Positions 21,047-33,247 of a stretch of DNA of 53,793 bases are shown here, in pieces. The notes below the pieces were generated by a model that was not told where the DNA came from, did no database searches, and worked only from the letters and a program-made list of their open reading frames with translations. This DNA comes from Reclinomonas americana ATCC 50394. Lineage: Eukaryota. The translations under genes were made by a program, and so were the position numbers. The DNA lies in contig PS015169.1 in assembly GCA_048213135.1 (NCBI GenBank), positions 1 to 53,793 on the forward strand. The letters are read 5' to 3'. Each line of letters opens with the position of its first letter. Position 1 is the first letter of the stretch.

Positions 21047-22132
21047 TCACCAACGATCCGCGGCGCACCGATGTAGGCACACCTCTGCCTCCTCGACTAT
21101 GAAGCAGCGCAGCACCACCTCCGCCAAGCAGCGCGAAACGTCACGACCCGCTACTTCCGCTTCATGCTGCATCTCTTGCACGGCCTGTGTGGCCTGCCGG
21201 GCGCAGTCGAGCTCCCATCGCGCGAGGCCGCATGGAGTGGACCAGACACGCACCACGGTTTCCCAACTGCACGCGCTCACAATGTGCTGGCAGTCGGGCG
21301 AGACGGCGACTGAGGCCAGCTGTCGAGCCTGAGCATCGACTGCCTCCACCTCGTCGCCACTTGCCAGAGACCACACTCGCATGAGTGTGTCGCGGCCTCC
21401 ACTGACAATGTGCCGGCCGTCGGGGGTGACAGCCACACAGAGCACCTCGCGAGCGTCGCCGTCGAGCTGCAGCACTTGCAGACCGGTGGCCAGTGACCAC
21501 ACTCGAATTGTTCCGTCCTTGCCACCACTAACGAGATGCTGCGCGTCGGGAGTGACCGCGATCGAGTGCACCCAGCCCACGTGTCCGCGCAGCTGCAGCA
21601 GCTCCTCTCCACTGGCCAGCGCCCACACACTGATGGTGGCATCGGCACTGCCGCTCACCACAAAGAGGCCATCGGGCGTGACAGCGACCGCATACACCAG
21701 TGCCGTGTGCCCCTCCAATCGTCGCTCCTCCGTGCCACTGGCCAGAGACCACACACGCACAGTCTTGTCCCAGCTGCCACTCACAGCGTGCTGACCGTCG
21801 GGAGTGACGGCCACCGAGGTCACCTCGCCCGTGTGGCCCTCGAGTTGCAGAACCTCGTCTCCGCTCGCCACAAACCACACTCGCACCGTCCTGTCTGCGC
21901 TTCCGCTCACCACGTACTGACTGTCGGGGGTCACTGCCAGTGACGACACGCCCATGGTGTGTCCCTCCAGGCGGCGCACCTCTTCGCCACTCGCCAGCGA
22001 CCACACACGCACAGTTCTGTCTGCGCTCGCGCTCACTGCGTGCTGTCCGTCTGGAGTGACGGCGACAGCCTGAAGAAAGGCGGCGTGGCCACGCAGGCGT
22101 TTGCAGAGGAGGGTGGGAGGAGGTGATGCCAT
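21047..22132 (-). CDS. WD40-repeat protein, paralogue 3 (intronless body)
   Basis: ATG at 22132 (MASPPPTLLCKRLRGH), seven highly similar WD40 repeats, shared C-terminal motif. Confidence 0.92.
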   Translation of the reverse strand: MASPPPTLLCKRLRGHAAFLQAVAVTPDGQHAVSASADRTVRVWSLASGEEVRRLEGHTMGVSSLAVTPDSQYVVSGSADRTVRVWFVASGDEVLQLEGHTGEVTSVAVTPDGQHAVSGSWDKTVRVWSLASGTEERRLEGHTALVYAVAVTPDGLFVVSGSADATISVWALASGEELLQLRGHVGWVHSIAVTPDAQHLVSGGKDGTIRVWSLATGLQVLQLDGDAREVLCVAVTPDGRHIVSGGRDTLMRVWSLASGDEVEAVDAQARQLASVAVSPDCQHIVSACSWETVVRVWSTPCGLARWELDCARQATQAVQEMQHEAEVAGRDVSRCLAEVVLRCFIVEEAEVCLHRCAADRW

Positions 22133-22719
22133 TGCTTGCGCTCTCTCAGACTTGCAAGAAAATAATGACAGCTTGCAATTGGAGATATCGATATCGAACA
22201 CCATTGTCGGAAATCGCAGACTGGACAACAACGCGACAACTTTACCCGCTTCTGTCGGTTGCACAACTGCACTAATGCATGTGGGAGATCTAGAGATCGC
22301 GGAGAGATCAACTGGAGGCGACTTCGAATTCGAACACGATGCAGACGTCGACGTCGCGGTCGATATTGGAGGCCAACGCACGCGAGTCGAGTCCATCCAC
22401 AGAAGCGAGGCAAGTTGGAGGGGCGACAGGTATGCATCCTTCTCTGCAATACAAGTCATGCGCTGGCCGGGTCCGGATCAGAAAGTAAAAGATCCGGATT
22501 GCGACGTACGCGTTGCAATTGACAGCTTCAGCACTCTGCTTGCAAGAGTGCACTCGTCGAGTACATGCTGTTTACCACATGTATGTCAGACCTCTGCACC
22601 ACTCGGCATGCAGGCAACATGCACTTGGACCTTCGCGCATGCATGCAAACTTGTCCTGCTTCTCTTTCTGCTCGCCGTCACTGGTCTCACTGTGCGCCTT
22701 TCTCGTGACATTATAAGAG

Positions 22720-22836
22720 ATGTCTGGTCGCAACGTGCAGGAGGGTCGCGCGGGAGTGCAATATGGTCTGATCCTCTTCAACAAGGGCGGGAAGAGTGGT
22801 CCCTCTTCGAGTGCGCCTCCAAAGAAGCCGAGCGCG

Positions 22837-22922
<86 letters not shown>

Positions 22923-23096
22923 AGACGCACAAAGAGAGGGAGAGAGAGAGAGAAGAGAGGGAGGAATGCATATGCGAATCAATGCATGCAAGCCAGTCAC
23001 ATATTCTCTCTCTTTCTCTCTCACACAAACACTCACACTCACTCTGTGTATGTTCACTCAGACTTTAGTGGAGGCTGCACCCCTTGCATTCTCACC

Positions 23097-23133
<37 letters not shown>

Positions 23134-25029
23134 CTTTCTGTCTCAGACAGTCACTCATTCTCTCTCCCTCCCCTCACTTCCTTCGTCCATGAGTTGGAGC
23201 TGCACCCTCTGTACCTCGCTTGTATTCTCACCCCGTTTCTCTCACTCTCACTCTCTCACTCACAATCGCTCTTTCATTGCATGTTGATGCAGGTACAAGT
23301 GGGAGGAGCTGCACCTTTTTGTTCTCACCTCTGTTCTCTCTCAGACACTGTCTTTCTTCGTCCGTCAGTGGCGCTGCACCTTCCATGCCTCGCTGGCATT
23401 CTCACCTCCTCTCTCCCTCGCTCTTCTCCTCTCTCAATCCACTCTATTCTGTCTCTCTCTCCCCCCTCTCCCTCTCCCACCCTTTCTCCCCCCTCTCCCT
23501 CTCCCACTCTTTCTCTCTCTCACTCTCTCCCTCACTCTTCTCCTCTTTGACCCCTCCCAGTGGCGCCCTGAGCGTCGACTCAGTCTTTGGCAACCTCGGC
23601 GACGATGATGACGATGGCGGAGCCCCGGCAGCACCCACGGTCACTCCCCCTCACCCGTTGCCTCTCTCTATCTATCTCTCACACACGTCTCTCAGATCAC
23701 CAAAGGCAAGGCCGCGGTGGCCAGCTCACGCGCCACTCTCATGGCCGAGGCCTACCAGCGACAGCTCACCAAGAAGCAGCAGGATGACATGGCGGCGGCG
23801 TTGGCCGCCGACCCCACCGCCTTTGACTATGACTCGCACTTTGACGATATCCACAAGTTGCGCGCACACACACGCACGTACGCCTTCTCCTCCTCCTCCT
23901 CTCACCATGCTGCAGGCAACGCGATCAGAACCGCCAAGAGGTGCTGGCACGGGCGGCCGACAAGCGACCGAAATACATGGACCTGTTCATGAAGACGGCG
24001 GAGGAGCGGAAGCGTGAATTCGAGCGGCAGTACGAGAAGAAGAACCTGCGGGAGCGCCTAAAAGACGACCATCTGTTCGAGGACAAGGAGAAGTTCATCA
24101 CGTCGGCGTACAAGCAGAAGCTCAAGGAGGACAAGCTGTGGGAGATTGAGGAGGCGCGCCGCGAGGAGGAGAACAAGAAGCTAGATGTGCGCTCCAAGAC
24201 GGGCCTGGAGGATTTCTACCGCCACATGCTCAACACGGGTGGCGCCAGTCGCTCGTCGTCGGCTGTCGACGGCGAGGACGAGAAGATGATGGAGAAGGAG
24301 CGAAAGCGGTTGGCGCAGGAGGAAGTCATTTCGGCGCGCATTCGCGAGCAGTTTGAGCGCGACTGGGAGGCACGCGAACGGGCGGCTCGGCGAGGAGAGA
24401 GTGCTGGCGAGGAGGCGGCAACTGCTGGAGAGGGTGCTGGCGACGGAGATGGAAGTGAGCGACCGCTCAGTATGCTGGAGAAAGCCAAACTGCAGCGCGA
24501 GCGTGTGGCTGCTGCATTGGCTGCTGCCGCCTCCGCCGCTGCCTCCTCTGCGGAGGGTGCCGCGGAATCACCACCGCCTTCGTCATCGCGTCGCCGGAGT
24601 GCTGAGCACACGACCGGGTCGGGAAGTGACGGCGATGGCCACGATGCAGAGCCGCCGCGGAAACGCGCCAGACACGGATCGCCGCCACCCGCCGGCGCCA
24701 CGGCAGCTGTGGATGCCACGACACCCACGTCGCCGACGGCGATCGCAGCAACGTCTCCGGCGGCGGAGAGTGCTGCGCCGATGCTGGATCCTGTCGAGGA
24801 ATTGCGTCTGCGACGGGAACGGGAGGCCAAGGAGGAGGCCGAGCGTCTGGCGCGACTGCGAGAGGAGTACAAGAAGCACGCGGTTGACGAGAGCGCCATT
24901 AGCAGCGCACGGCAGAGGGCACTGGAGCGCCGCCAGCAACGTCAACAGCAACAGCAGCAGCAGCAGCAGCAACAACAGGCACACCATCATCACCACGGTC
25001 ACCACCACCACCAGCATCACGCCACATGA
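22720..25029 (+). CDS. NSRP1: Nuclear speckle splicing regulatory protein 1 (CCDC55/DUF2040 family), 3 introns
   Basis: Motifs QYGLIL, ADPTAFDYDSHFDDI, PKYMDLFMKTAEERKREFER, KEKFITSAYKQKL and C-terminal AISSARQRALER, followed by a polyQ/polyH tail. Confidence 0.88.
22839..22960. repeat. (GT)n-(GA)n microsatellite at the start of NSRP1 intron 1
   Basis: Directly visible. Confidence 0.95.
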
Positions 25030-25098
25030 GACTCAATGCACCACGTACGATGCGGTTGAGTTCACATACAAATGTTTTCACTGAATAGTTAATCTGCG

Positions 25099-28000
25099 CT
25101 ATAGTTTTCGGATTAGTAGGTAGGCCTTGGTGAGGCCTTTGCCCTTTAGCATCACTTCCCTCTCCTCGAAGAGGTAGTGGTCGAATGCGATTTCGTAGCA
25201 CCGCCGACTGACCTGCACGACGACACGAACGAAAAAAATCGTCAATAATCTCTTTTCTTTGCATCAACGAGACACACAAACACACACCTGGATCCTCATC
25301 GGTTCGCTGCTGCTTTCCAGTCGCGAAGCCACGTTAACATTGTCGCCCCACAGGTCGTACTGGAATCTCTTTTGCCCAATGACGCCGGCGGTGACGGAGC
25401 CCATGTTGATGCCGATGCGGATCTGAATGCCGTTCTGCCGTGCAATCTCCAAGAACGAGAGCGCACACTCAATCATGCTAAGCGTGGCCTTGGCCACAGC
25501 TCGCGGATCCGTGGCACCCAAGCCAGACACGGCCATGTAAGAGTCTGTGGCATTACTCAGGTAAGTGCCCGACACCTTTCTCGACGTCTGTGCTTCACCC
25601 CACTCATGCCTGGCACCTTTCTCTCCTTCTCTCCTTCTCTCCCCCTGCCCTCCCTCCCTTCTCCCCGCTCCTCCCCACTCACCACCAATAGTCTTGATCT
25701 TGGTGACGCCGTGCTTCTCTGCCGCCTCATCCATTTGCGTGAATAATCTGTCGAGCAGCTCCACGAGTTCGATGGACGAGATGTTGGAGGCCATGGAGGT
25801 GAACGACACAATGTCGCTGAAGAGGATCGTCGCAAACTCGTGCGACTCGGCAATTGGTCGCTCGCCGTTCTGCAGGCGCACGGCGACATGCGGTGGCAGA
25901 ATGTTGAGCAGCAGCTCGCTGCTCTTCTTCTTCTCCACCGCGAGCAGGCGTTTCTGGTTTTGTCGCAGAGTGACGTCGCGGAAGAAGCACGTGAAGACGC
26001 TGGTGTTGCCGATGGTACCGAAATTCAGCGAGACCTGTTCCACAAAAATACAAAGTGTGAGCGTCAAAAGGGCGGGGCGGTGAAAGAGGCAGAAGCAAGT
26101 GCACTCTCACCTGCGCGGGGAACACGTCGGCAATGTGCATGCCGACCACCTCCGACGCCTGCACCGATTCGCCGTCGTGTTCGCTCGTGGAGCGGTTGGG
26201 TGAGGCGTGGCTGCCGCCGTTGGTGTTCGGCTCACCGGGCACGGGCACGGGCACGGTAAGCGTGCTGGCTTTGCGGCTCGCCTGATTGCCAGACTGGCGA
26301 CTGCCGTGGGCGGTGACCGACGATCCGCCACGTGCCGGCGTCCCGTGTGCACCCACGCGGCCGCCACCGACGACACCCGGAGTAGCCGGTGACAGTACTC
26401 GCGACGGAGTGCGACCGGCATGCAACCGTGTGGGGCGAGTCGGCGATGCCACGTCCTCCCTGGTCGTACCACGGTCGGGAGAACCGTCGCTCGACGACGA
26501 CGAGCTGGCATCGAAGTGCTGCTCGAGCACCTCTTGGGCCAGCGGCGCGCCCACATTAGGGGCGTAGCGAATGCACTTGTACTGCGCAGAGAGTTGAGGG
26601 TATGAATGAGAGGAAAGGTAAAAGAGGATGAGCTCACCAGTCGCTCAAAGGTTCGTCCACCGGCCTGCTTGCCGGCAACGTGGCTCTGCACTTCGCGAAG
26701 GATCGATTCGAAACTGACTGGATCGAAAACAACCGACAGCTGCACGTGCATCATACAGACAATGAGTGGGAGGTGACGAGGCAGAAAAGGAGAGCAGAAA
26801 GGGACGAAACATTGCGGCCGACGACCAATGAGCTCTGCAAGCCAAACATTTGCTCGGCTGACTTGTTGACATTGATGATCACGCCGTTGCTGTCGAACTC
26901 CATGAAACCGTCGGCAGCCGTCTCGAGAATGCGATGCATGCGCACTTCGCTCTCGTCCACCACCTAGCAAACAAGTATGTGTGAGTTGTGGGCTGCGGTG
27001 GAGCCCCCACTTCCTGTCACACCTTGTCGATTTCTCTCTCGTCAATCTTCTTGCCGTCGATGAGGAAGGAGCGGATGGGGTTGACTTCGGCAATCACTGA
27101 CGGCGGCAGCATCAGCAGCAGCTTGATGGTGCGCTTGTTCTGTATTCGGCAATGCAGCAGTGAGTGACCATGTCTTCGGTGATGATCACACATACACACT
27201 CGCACAAACCTCGTCGTCCAGATGACGGATGAACTGACGCAGACCAAAGAGGTACAGCGAAGGGATAATGAAGAAGGACAGGCTGAAAATCACGTCCATG
27301 GCGGTCTGGTAAGCGTGAACACGCGGCGAGTAGGCGCGACGCACAGCACTCATCAGATTCGAGTACTTGGTCTGCAGCGCACCCGCAGCAATGGTCACTG
27401 CGAATCACCAAATCACGTCAGTTTCTGCGCTCCACATATGATGTTTTGTGGCCCGCGACGCAACTGAGCACGGCAGTATCGACCAGTTTGTCCGTCTGGT
27501 TGTTGTAGACGGCCGAGGCGGTGGAGCTGACTTGTCGCAAAATGACGTCGGTGGAGTAGCAGTCGACAGAGGTTACCAATTCGCACGAGGCCTGGAACAC
27601 CGCCTGCACACCACCAACAAGAAAGGATGAGTACTGACTGACTGCAGTCTGTTGCACTTGCGGTACACATGCGGCGACACGCAACATCAGTCAACGCGGA
27701 CTCCGCCACCAGTGCCGGAATGTTCTGGTCCGCGTCTCCATAGGCCGTGTCTTGCCATAAGTCATCGAATTTTTGATACGCCGTGTATAAACTCGCTCTG
27801 CAGTGTGCGTTTCGTGCAGAGCGAGTGAGAAGAAATGTGTGTGTATGTTGGGAAGAGAAGATTCCGAGTCAGTACCTGGCCACGGTCAGTTCCGAGGGAC
27901 TGGTGGTAAAGGCCACGCGCAGTGTCTGGTACGCCGTCCGCCACGCCGAGATGCCCACACTCTGCGCATTTTCCATAAACACCCAGCACGGGAAAAATAC

Positions 28001-31000
28001 AGATGGAACCGCAGAGCATGGTACGCACCGCCGCCGAGTAGATGCTGTTGATGGTGGGATCGTCTTGATTGGAGCTGGTAATCATGATGCTCGTCATGGC
28101 AAAAATGATGCTGGTGACCACAATAAGCACGATGGAGTAGGCGATAATCAGCTTGGTCAGGCCCGAGTTGTTTGTCGACACGCTGCTAGCTGCTCGACCA
28201 GAGAGAGTCAGTGAAAAATGAACCCCATGATTGGCTGCTGAAGTAAAAGTACGTACCAACACGTGCGCTTCCGAGACGGCTGGCCGTATTGTCGTTGCCG
28301 TTCAGCATGCGCGAGCACTCGGCCAGCAAGTTGTTCAGATGGCGGTAAATGCGCGTGATGACGTACTTTGGAATGAGCTGGAAGAGCGACAATGTTCTGC
28401 ACCGCAAAAAAGGGTCTTGAGTTTCGAGGAGACACGCACAACCCCCAGTGCGCACAATGCTCACCGCTTTCGCTCGTTCACGGCCGACAAGAACGACGGA
28501 ATGCTGAAGAGGCCGGCGAACAGGAGGATCGAGGCGCACGAGATTGCTGAAATGACAATCATGGCGCGGTGCGAGTATGACACGTTGCTCCGCACCGCCT
28601 GCATCACGCAAATAAATGTCAGCACCACGGTATAAGAGAGCAATGTTGATGTACACACTCAGCAACGCACCGCCAGACTGGCCACCACCACGCGACCAAT
28701 GGCATCGGCAAACGCATCACCAATGTTGCCAAAGATGAAGCGATAGGCCTGCTGGCACACGGCAGCAGTCGGTGTCTTGGTGCACTGTGGTGGAAAACAG
28801 ACACGATCATGAGCAATCGATATTACACAAACACACACGCAGAGTGCACTCAACTGTGGCGCTCGACAAGATACCCAGTTGTGTGAGCATCTCGTGACTC
28901 GCGTCCAGGAGCGGCAGGCTGGTGGTGCTTTCGCTCAGGCTACCATTGGTGCCGACAATCAGCGTGCGATAGGTCGTCAGCGAAGTGGTCGCCTGGATGG
29001 TGATTGCCGACTGAGTGAACGTGGTGATTTGCTGTAGTAGCGATTGATACTGTGTCGCAAAGGTGACTCGGTGTCAGATATCTTCAGAGACAATAGCAGC
29101 AGACATGCGCCGAGCAAACCTGCGTGACCAATGTCGCTAAACCGCTGGCAATGGTGGCGTCGGTGGGTTTCGCAGCCGACAGCAGCAGTTGATTACCGAG
29201 CCGTTCCACTGTGACTGCGAAATCCACCACCAACAGCAGACAGTCGGCGGGATCCGCGCCCGTCTGCTTCGGCGACAGCATGTGCGACATGGAGTCCGAC
29301 ATTAGCATGCGCGACGTGACAAACATGACAATGATGATGGCGGCGGAGAGCAGCAGCACCAGCCACTGCATGCACCAAAGTGAGGACGAATGCAGTCGAT
29401 CTTCTGTTCATCTGCGAAAGCACAACAACGCACCACTTGCATGCGCACACGCCACGCCACCGATGACTTCTTGTCATCCAAACGCCTCCGAATCTCGTGA
29501 TACTCCTGGTCGACGCCGCGGAATGTCACGCGAGTCATTTCCGTGGGAGCACCGGCGTCGGATCCCGCACGGGTTCGTGCCTGCAGACGAGGGTGATCAG
29601 CGAGCTGCGCAAACCAAACGTCTTCACATTGAACACGCACCATGGCGGGTGCCGCGCTCTGTACTGCCGCGCCCTCCAGGGCAGTACGGTCCAGCCGACG
29701 AGCAGGAGTAGGGCGGATGCGTGATGTCAATGCCTCGTCGTAGGGTGACAGATCGGGGGCGGCCAGTTGATTTGCAGCTTGCTCATGGACCATGAATGAT
29801 GTCATTTCTGCGCGCGCGTGTGTGTGGTCAGTGAATGGTGCTCGTGTGTTTGATGGCAGAGTCACTCACCAATGTTTGTGCGCTGGTCCTGTTGCCTGTG
29901 GCTGCTCTGCGGCGTGCCGTACACGGGAGGCGGAGTGAGCTGTCCACCGATGGCTCCGGCGCCATTCATGCCCGTGCTCGAGGGCGGGGCAATGGCAGGT
30001 GGACTGCTCAACCACAAGTGAGTGACGACGTACAAGGAAGGAAGGAAGGCACAGCGCTTGCCAAACGCACCCCGTCATCATGCGAGCCGTGTTGGGCGGC
30101 ACTGGACTCGTGACACCGTTGCCGCCACCGCCGAGGCTATTCGGGAGGCTGCCGCCGGGATTGCCGGTAGTGGCCGCGAACCCGGATGCCGGCTGCTGGA
30201 ACGCCGCCCACATGTCTTGTCCCATGGGTTGTTCCTCGAATTGGTCAGCGGCTTCGAGCAGGTCGGCGGCACGCAGTGGACTGTTGGCGGAGTAGTGAGT
30301 AAGCAAAGGCGCGACTATGCACAACACTCGTCATCACGAAACTCATTATCAATGTCGTGGATCCAGCGAGCGTACGCGCGCAACAGGCTGGTGCTGTTGG
30401 GGAATTCGCGAAGCAGACGCGCGTACAACACAGCACCTTCCTCTTCGCCGCGAGCTGCACGCACAGCGATGGAGGCTGTGAGAGGCCACATTCAAGCCAA
30501 TACTGTTTCAACAAAGACAACAAACCAATGCTCCAGATGGTGGCCGCCGTGCTCGACAAGTCCGTGTCGGAGCGCATAAAGTTGTGCCAGAAATGACTCA
30601 TGTGAGTCAACACATCCTGTCGCCGCATCTCCAGCTTGTGCAGTGCGCGCGTCAGGTGCTTATTTTCTGCTCCAGGAGTAGTGCCCTGCACGTCGTCGAC
30701 AATGAGCTGCATGATACGCAGCGTCATCACCAGGTCCGGCATGTTGGCGTTCTTGCGCGACCGCAGCAGCTGCAGAGGAGAGCAGCGACAGTGAGCTCGT
30801 TGGTATGAGGAAGGCGGTGAGGAGAATGAAGCACAAATACAAACCTTGCACAGAGTGGGAATAATCGCAAATGCCGATTGCTCGGGTGTGTTGAGCAGGT
30901 AGATGGCGTAGGCGAGACGCAAGGAGAGCGACTTGGGGAACTTTTTCTGTCCCGCCATGAACACCTCCTCGGCGAGTGACTTGTCCAAGGCCCCGAGTCG

Positions 31001-32343
31001 CACCGCTTGCTCCACCTCGTGAGGAGAGTCGCACGACTCGAGCAGCGCGTCCACAAACAGCTCTTCCGCAGTCGGCATGTCCTCCCGCGTCGAGTCGTCG
31101 GCTGTCCGCGTCTCGATCGGATCGGTCAGCAGGTTAGGATCGGTGACCGCATACGCGGCGCTTCGTGCCTGCGCGCACAACTTGTCAGCCGTGCTCCATT
31201 GCAAACACAAACCATTCACACGTGCTCGTACCTTGTTCATCGCCGCCGCACGGAGATTCTTGACCGTGTGCTGGAGGGCCCACACTCGCAGATACACCGT
31301 GGCGAAGCCAAGGAGAGCCGAGCCACCGACCGATGCCGCCAGGGCAAGACGCCACTGCTGCGTTTGCAACCAGACACCCGAGAAGAAGGCGAAGGTGTAG
31401 AGCGAGAACATGGTGGCGTTGGAGCTGACCGAGAGGTGCGGCAGGTATTTCAGCGTGTACCACGCTCCAATGACTCCACCGGAAATCAGGCAGGCGACCT
31501 GGAGGCACACGATAAAATGTTCAGAAATGGTCACACAAGCCACAATCGTTGAAGTACACGCAACAGTCAGCGTGGTCGGCATCAGTTCGAGGGAACAGAT
31601 AATGACAGCAATCTGGTACACGTGCGTGTAGAACCAGATGCGACCGTTGACGGAGCAGGTGCACATGTTGACGTCCTCCTGGCTGTGCTGAATGAACGTC
31701 AAGTAGTACAGCGGCACAATGCAGAGGACCAGCGGCACAGTTCCTGTTTCCCACGTATGAGTGAGTGCTCATGTGAACACCCGGAAGCGCGCAAGGAAAC
31801 CACTCACCGACAAGGAGCACGACAAAGCTGACGGCCACCGTGCTGTCACCGAGCGACGAGGGGTAGTCGCTGATCATCGACACAATGGTAATCATAAAGG
31901 CCGGGGCCGTACATGTGGACAGCGGCAGGAGCCACACTACACCCGACAGGGCGTAGCCGCTCTGCAGCGAGCGCGAACTGCGTCGGGATGCGCTGACCGA
32001 GTGCTGCCAGATGACCACCACCAGACACAGTGCCAGCAGCGCCATGTTGCCAATGGCCGTGTACGAAATCACCGAGTGTACCAGAGTGCCCCACGGCGGC
32101 AGCACCGCGCTGCGCTGCCAACCCCACAAACCAAACACCGCGGCACACAGAGTCACGCGGAGCCAAAACAACAGATCCCATAACGCGGGTGGCACACTCG
32201 AGTGCACCTGCACATGATTGGTGAGTCATGTGCTCTGAACACAAAGGCACTCGTGGCGGTCAAACGTACCTCGAGGCGCAGAGCATGGATCAGCGACGCA
32301 TGCTCTTCGTACCAGCGTTCCCCGTTGACATTTACACCACTCC
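25099..32343 (-). CDS. TmcB-like multi-TM, PAS-domain class III adenylyl cyclase, paralogue A (~26 introns; start codon unresolved, upstream of 32343)
   Basis: N-terminal TM bundle; helical region (LLRAYARWIHDIDNDPLRAADLLEAADQFEE); TM-flanked ectodomains; PAS (ILETAADGFMEFDSNGVIINVNKSAEQMFG...FTCFFRDVT); cyclase (LLLNILPPHVA, ILFSDIVSFT, KIKTIGDSYM, QYDLWGDNVNVASRLES). K and D residues indicate ATP specificity. Stop at 25099-25101. Confidence 0.9.
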
Positions 32344-33247
32344 TGCAGCGTGATAAGAATTGTGAGTGATCACTGGACTCATATCTTCAGTGCGTGAGAG
32401 ATGTGAGATGGGTGACCAAGTCTGGCACATGAAACTTTGATATTGAAACAACACGAATTCTTCAGCTGGGAGTATACACGCACGTGCGTGTATGTGTGAG
32501 TGTGTGAGAGAAGAAGAGAGGATGAGAGGAAGAGAGAGAGTGTGTGTGTGTGTGTGAGAGAGAGAGAGTGGAGATCGACTGTGCGCTCGCCAGTTGTCTC
32601 TCGCTCCCTTGCCATCGTGTGCATACACAGCGTCACACTCACTAATGTGTATATACAGTGTCCACTGTGTGAGCGTCTGTGTGTGCTTCTTGAATGTGAC
32701 GAGTGCGTCGTCGCGACATACCACAATAAAGAACACCCATTCTCAGATTGCTGTTTTGCACCCCCGGCTCATACACGCACTCACACACACGCACACAGAT
32801 TAACAATGGCACTCACCCCAAGCCCAACAGCTCATCGTCAGAGGTCGATGTGTCCACCGCCGACCGCGACGACATTCACTTCTCTCACTCACACTCACAC
32901 AGCAAGACAACACTGTGTTCTCCTCTCGTCTCTCACACACAGAGAGAGCAAGCCAGAGAGAAGAAGCGTCGAGGGAGGGAGGGAGACACTCGCACTCACA
33001 CACTCACACACACGCACACAGGTAGACACACTGAGCGCAACGTTCTCTCGCTCTGACTTTTCTCCAACAAAAACGGAACTGCAATCTCAACGGTCGAAGG
33101 CATTTTCGTCGCGTCGGAGGAGAAATTGCATTTCAGGCACACGCTTTCGCTCCCCTCGCCACGCACCAAGGGTGTGCATGCGCGGTTGTGTGTGTGCGTG
33201 TGTGCAAGGGATAGAGAAACCGTCTCCAGAGAGCGAAGGAGGCGGCA

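Noticed and set aside
18655-22132. CRISPR-like or mobile-element interpretation of the periodic repeats
   Set aside because: The ~126-bp periodicity is WD40 coding repeats. I saw no spacers, transposase, terminal inverted repeats, LTRs, tRNA or rRNA anywhere in the window.
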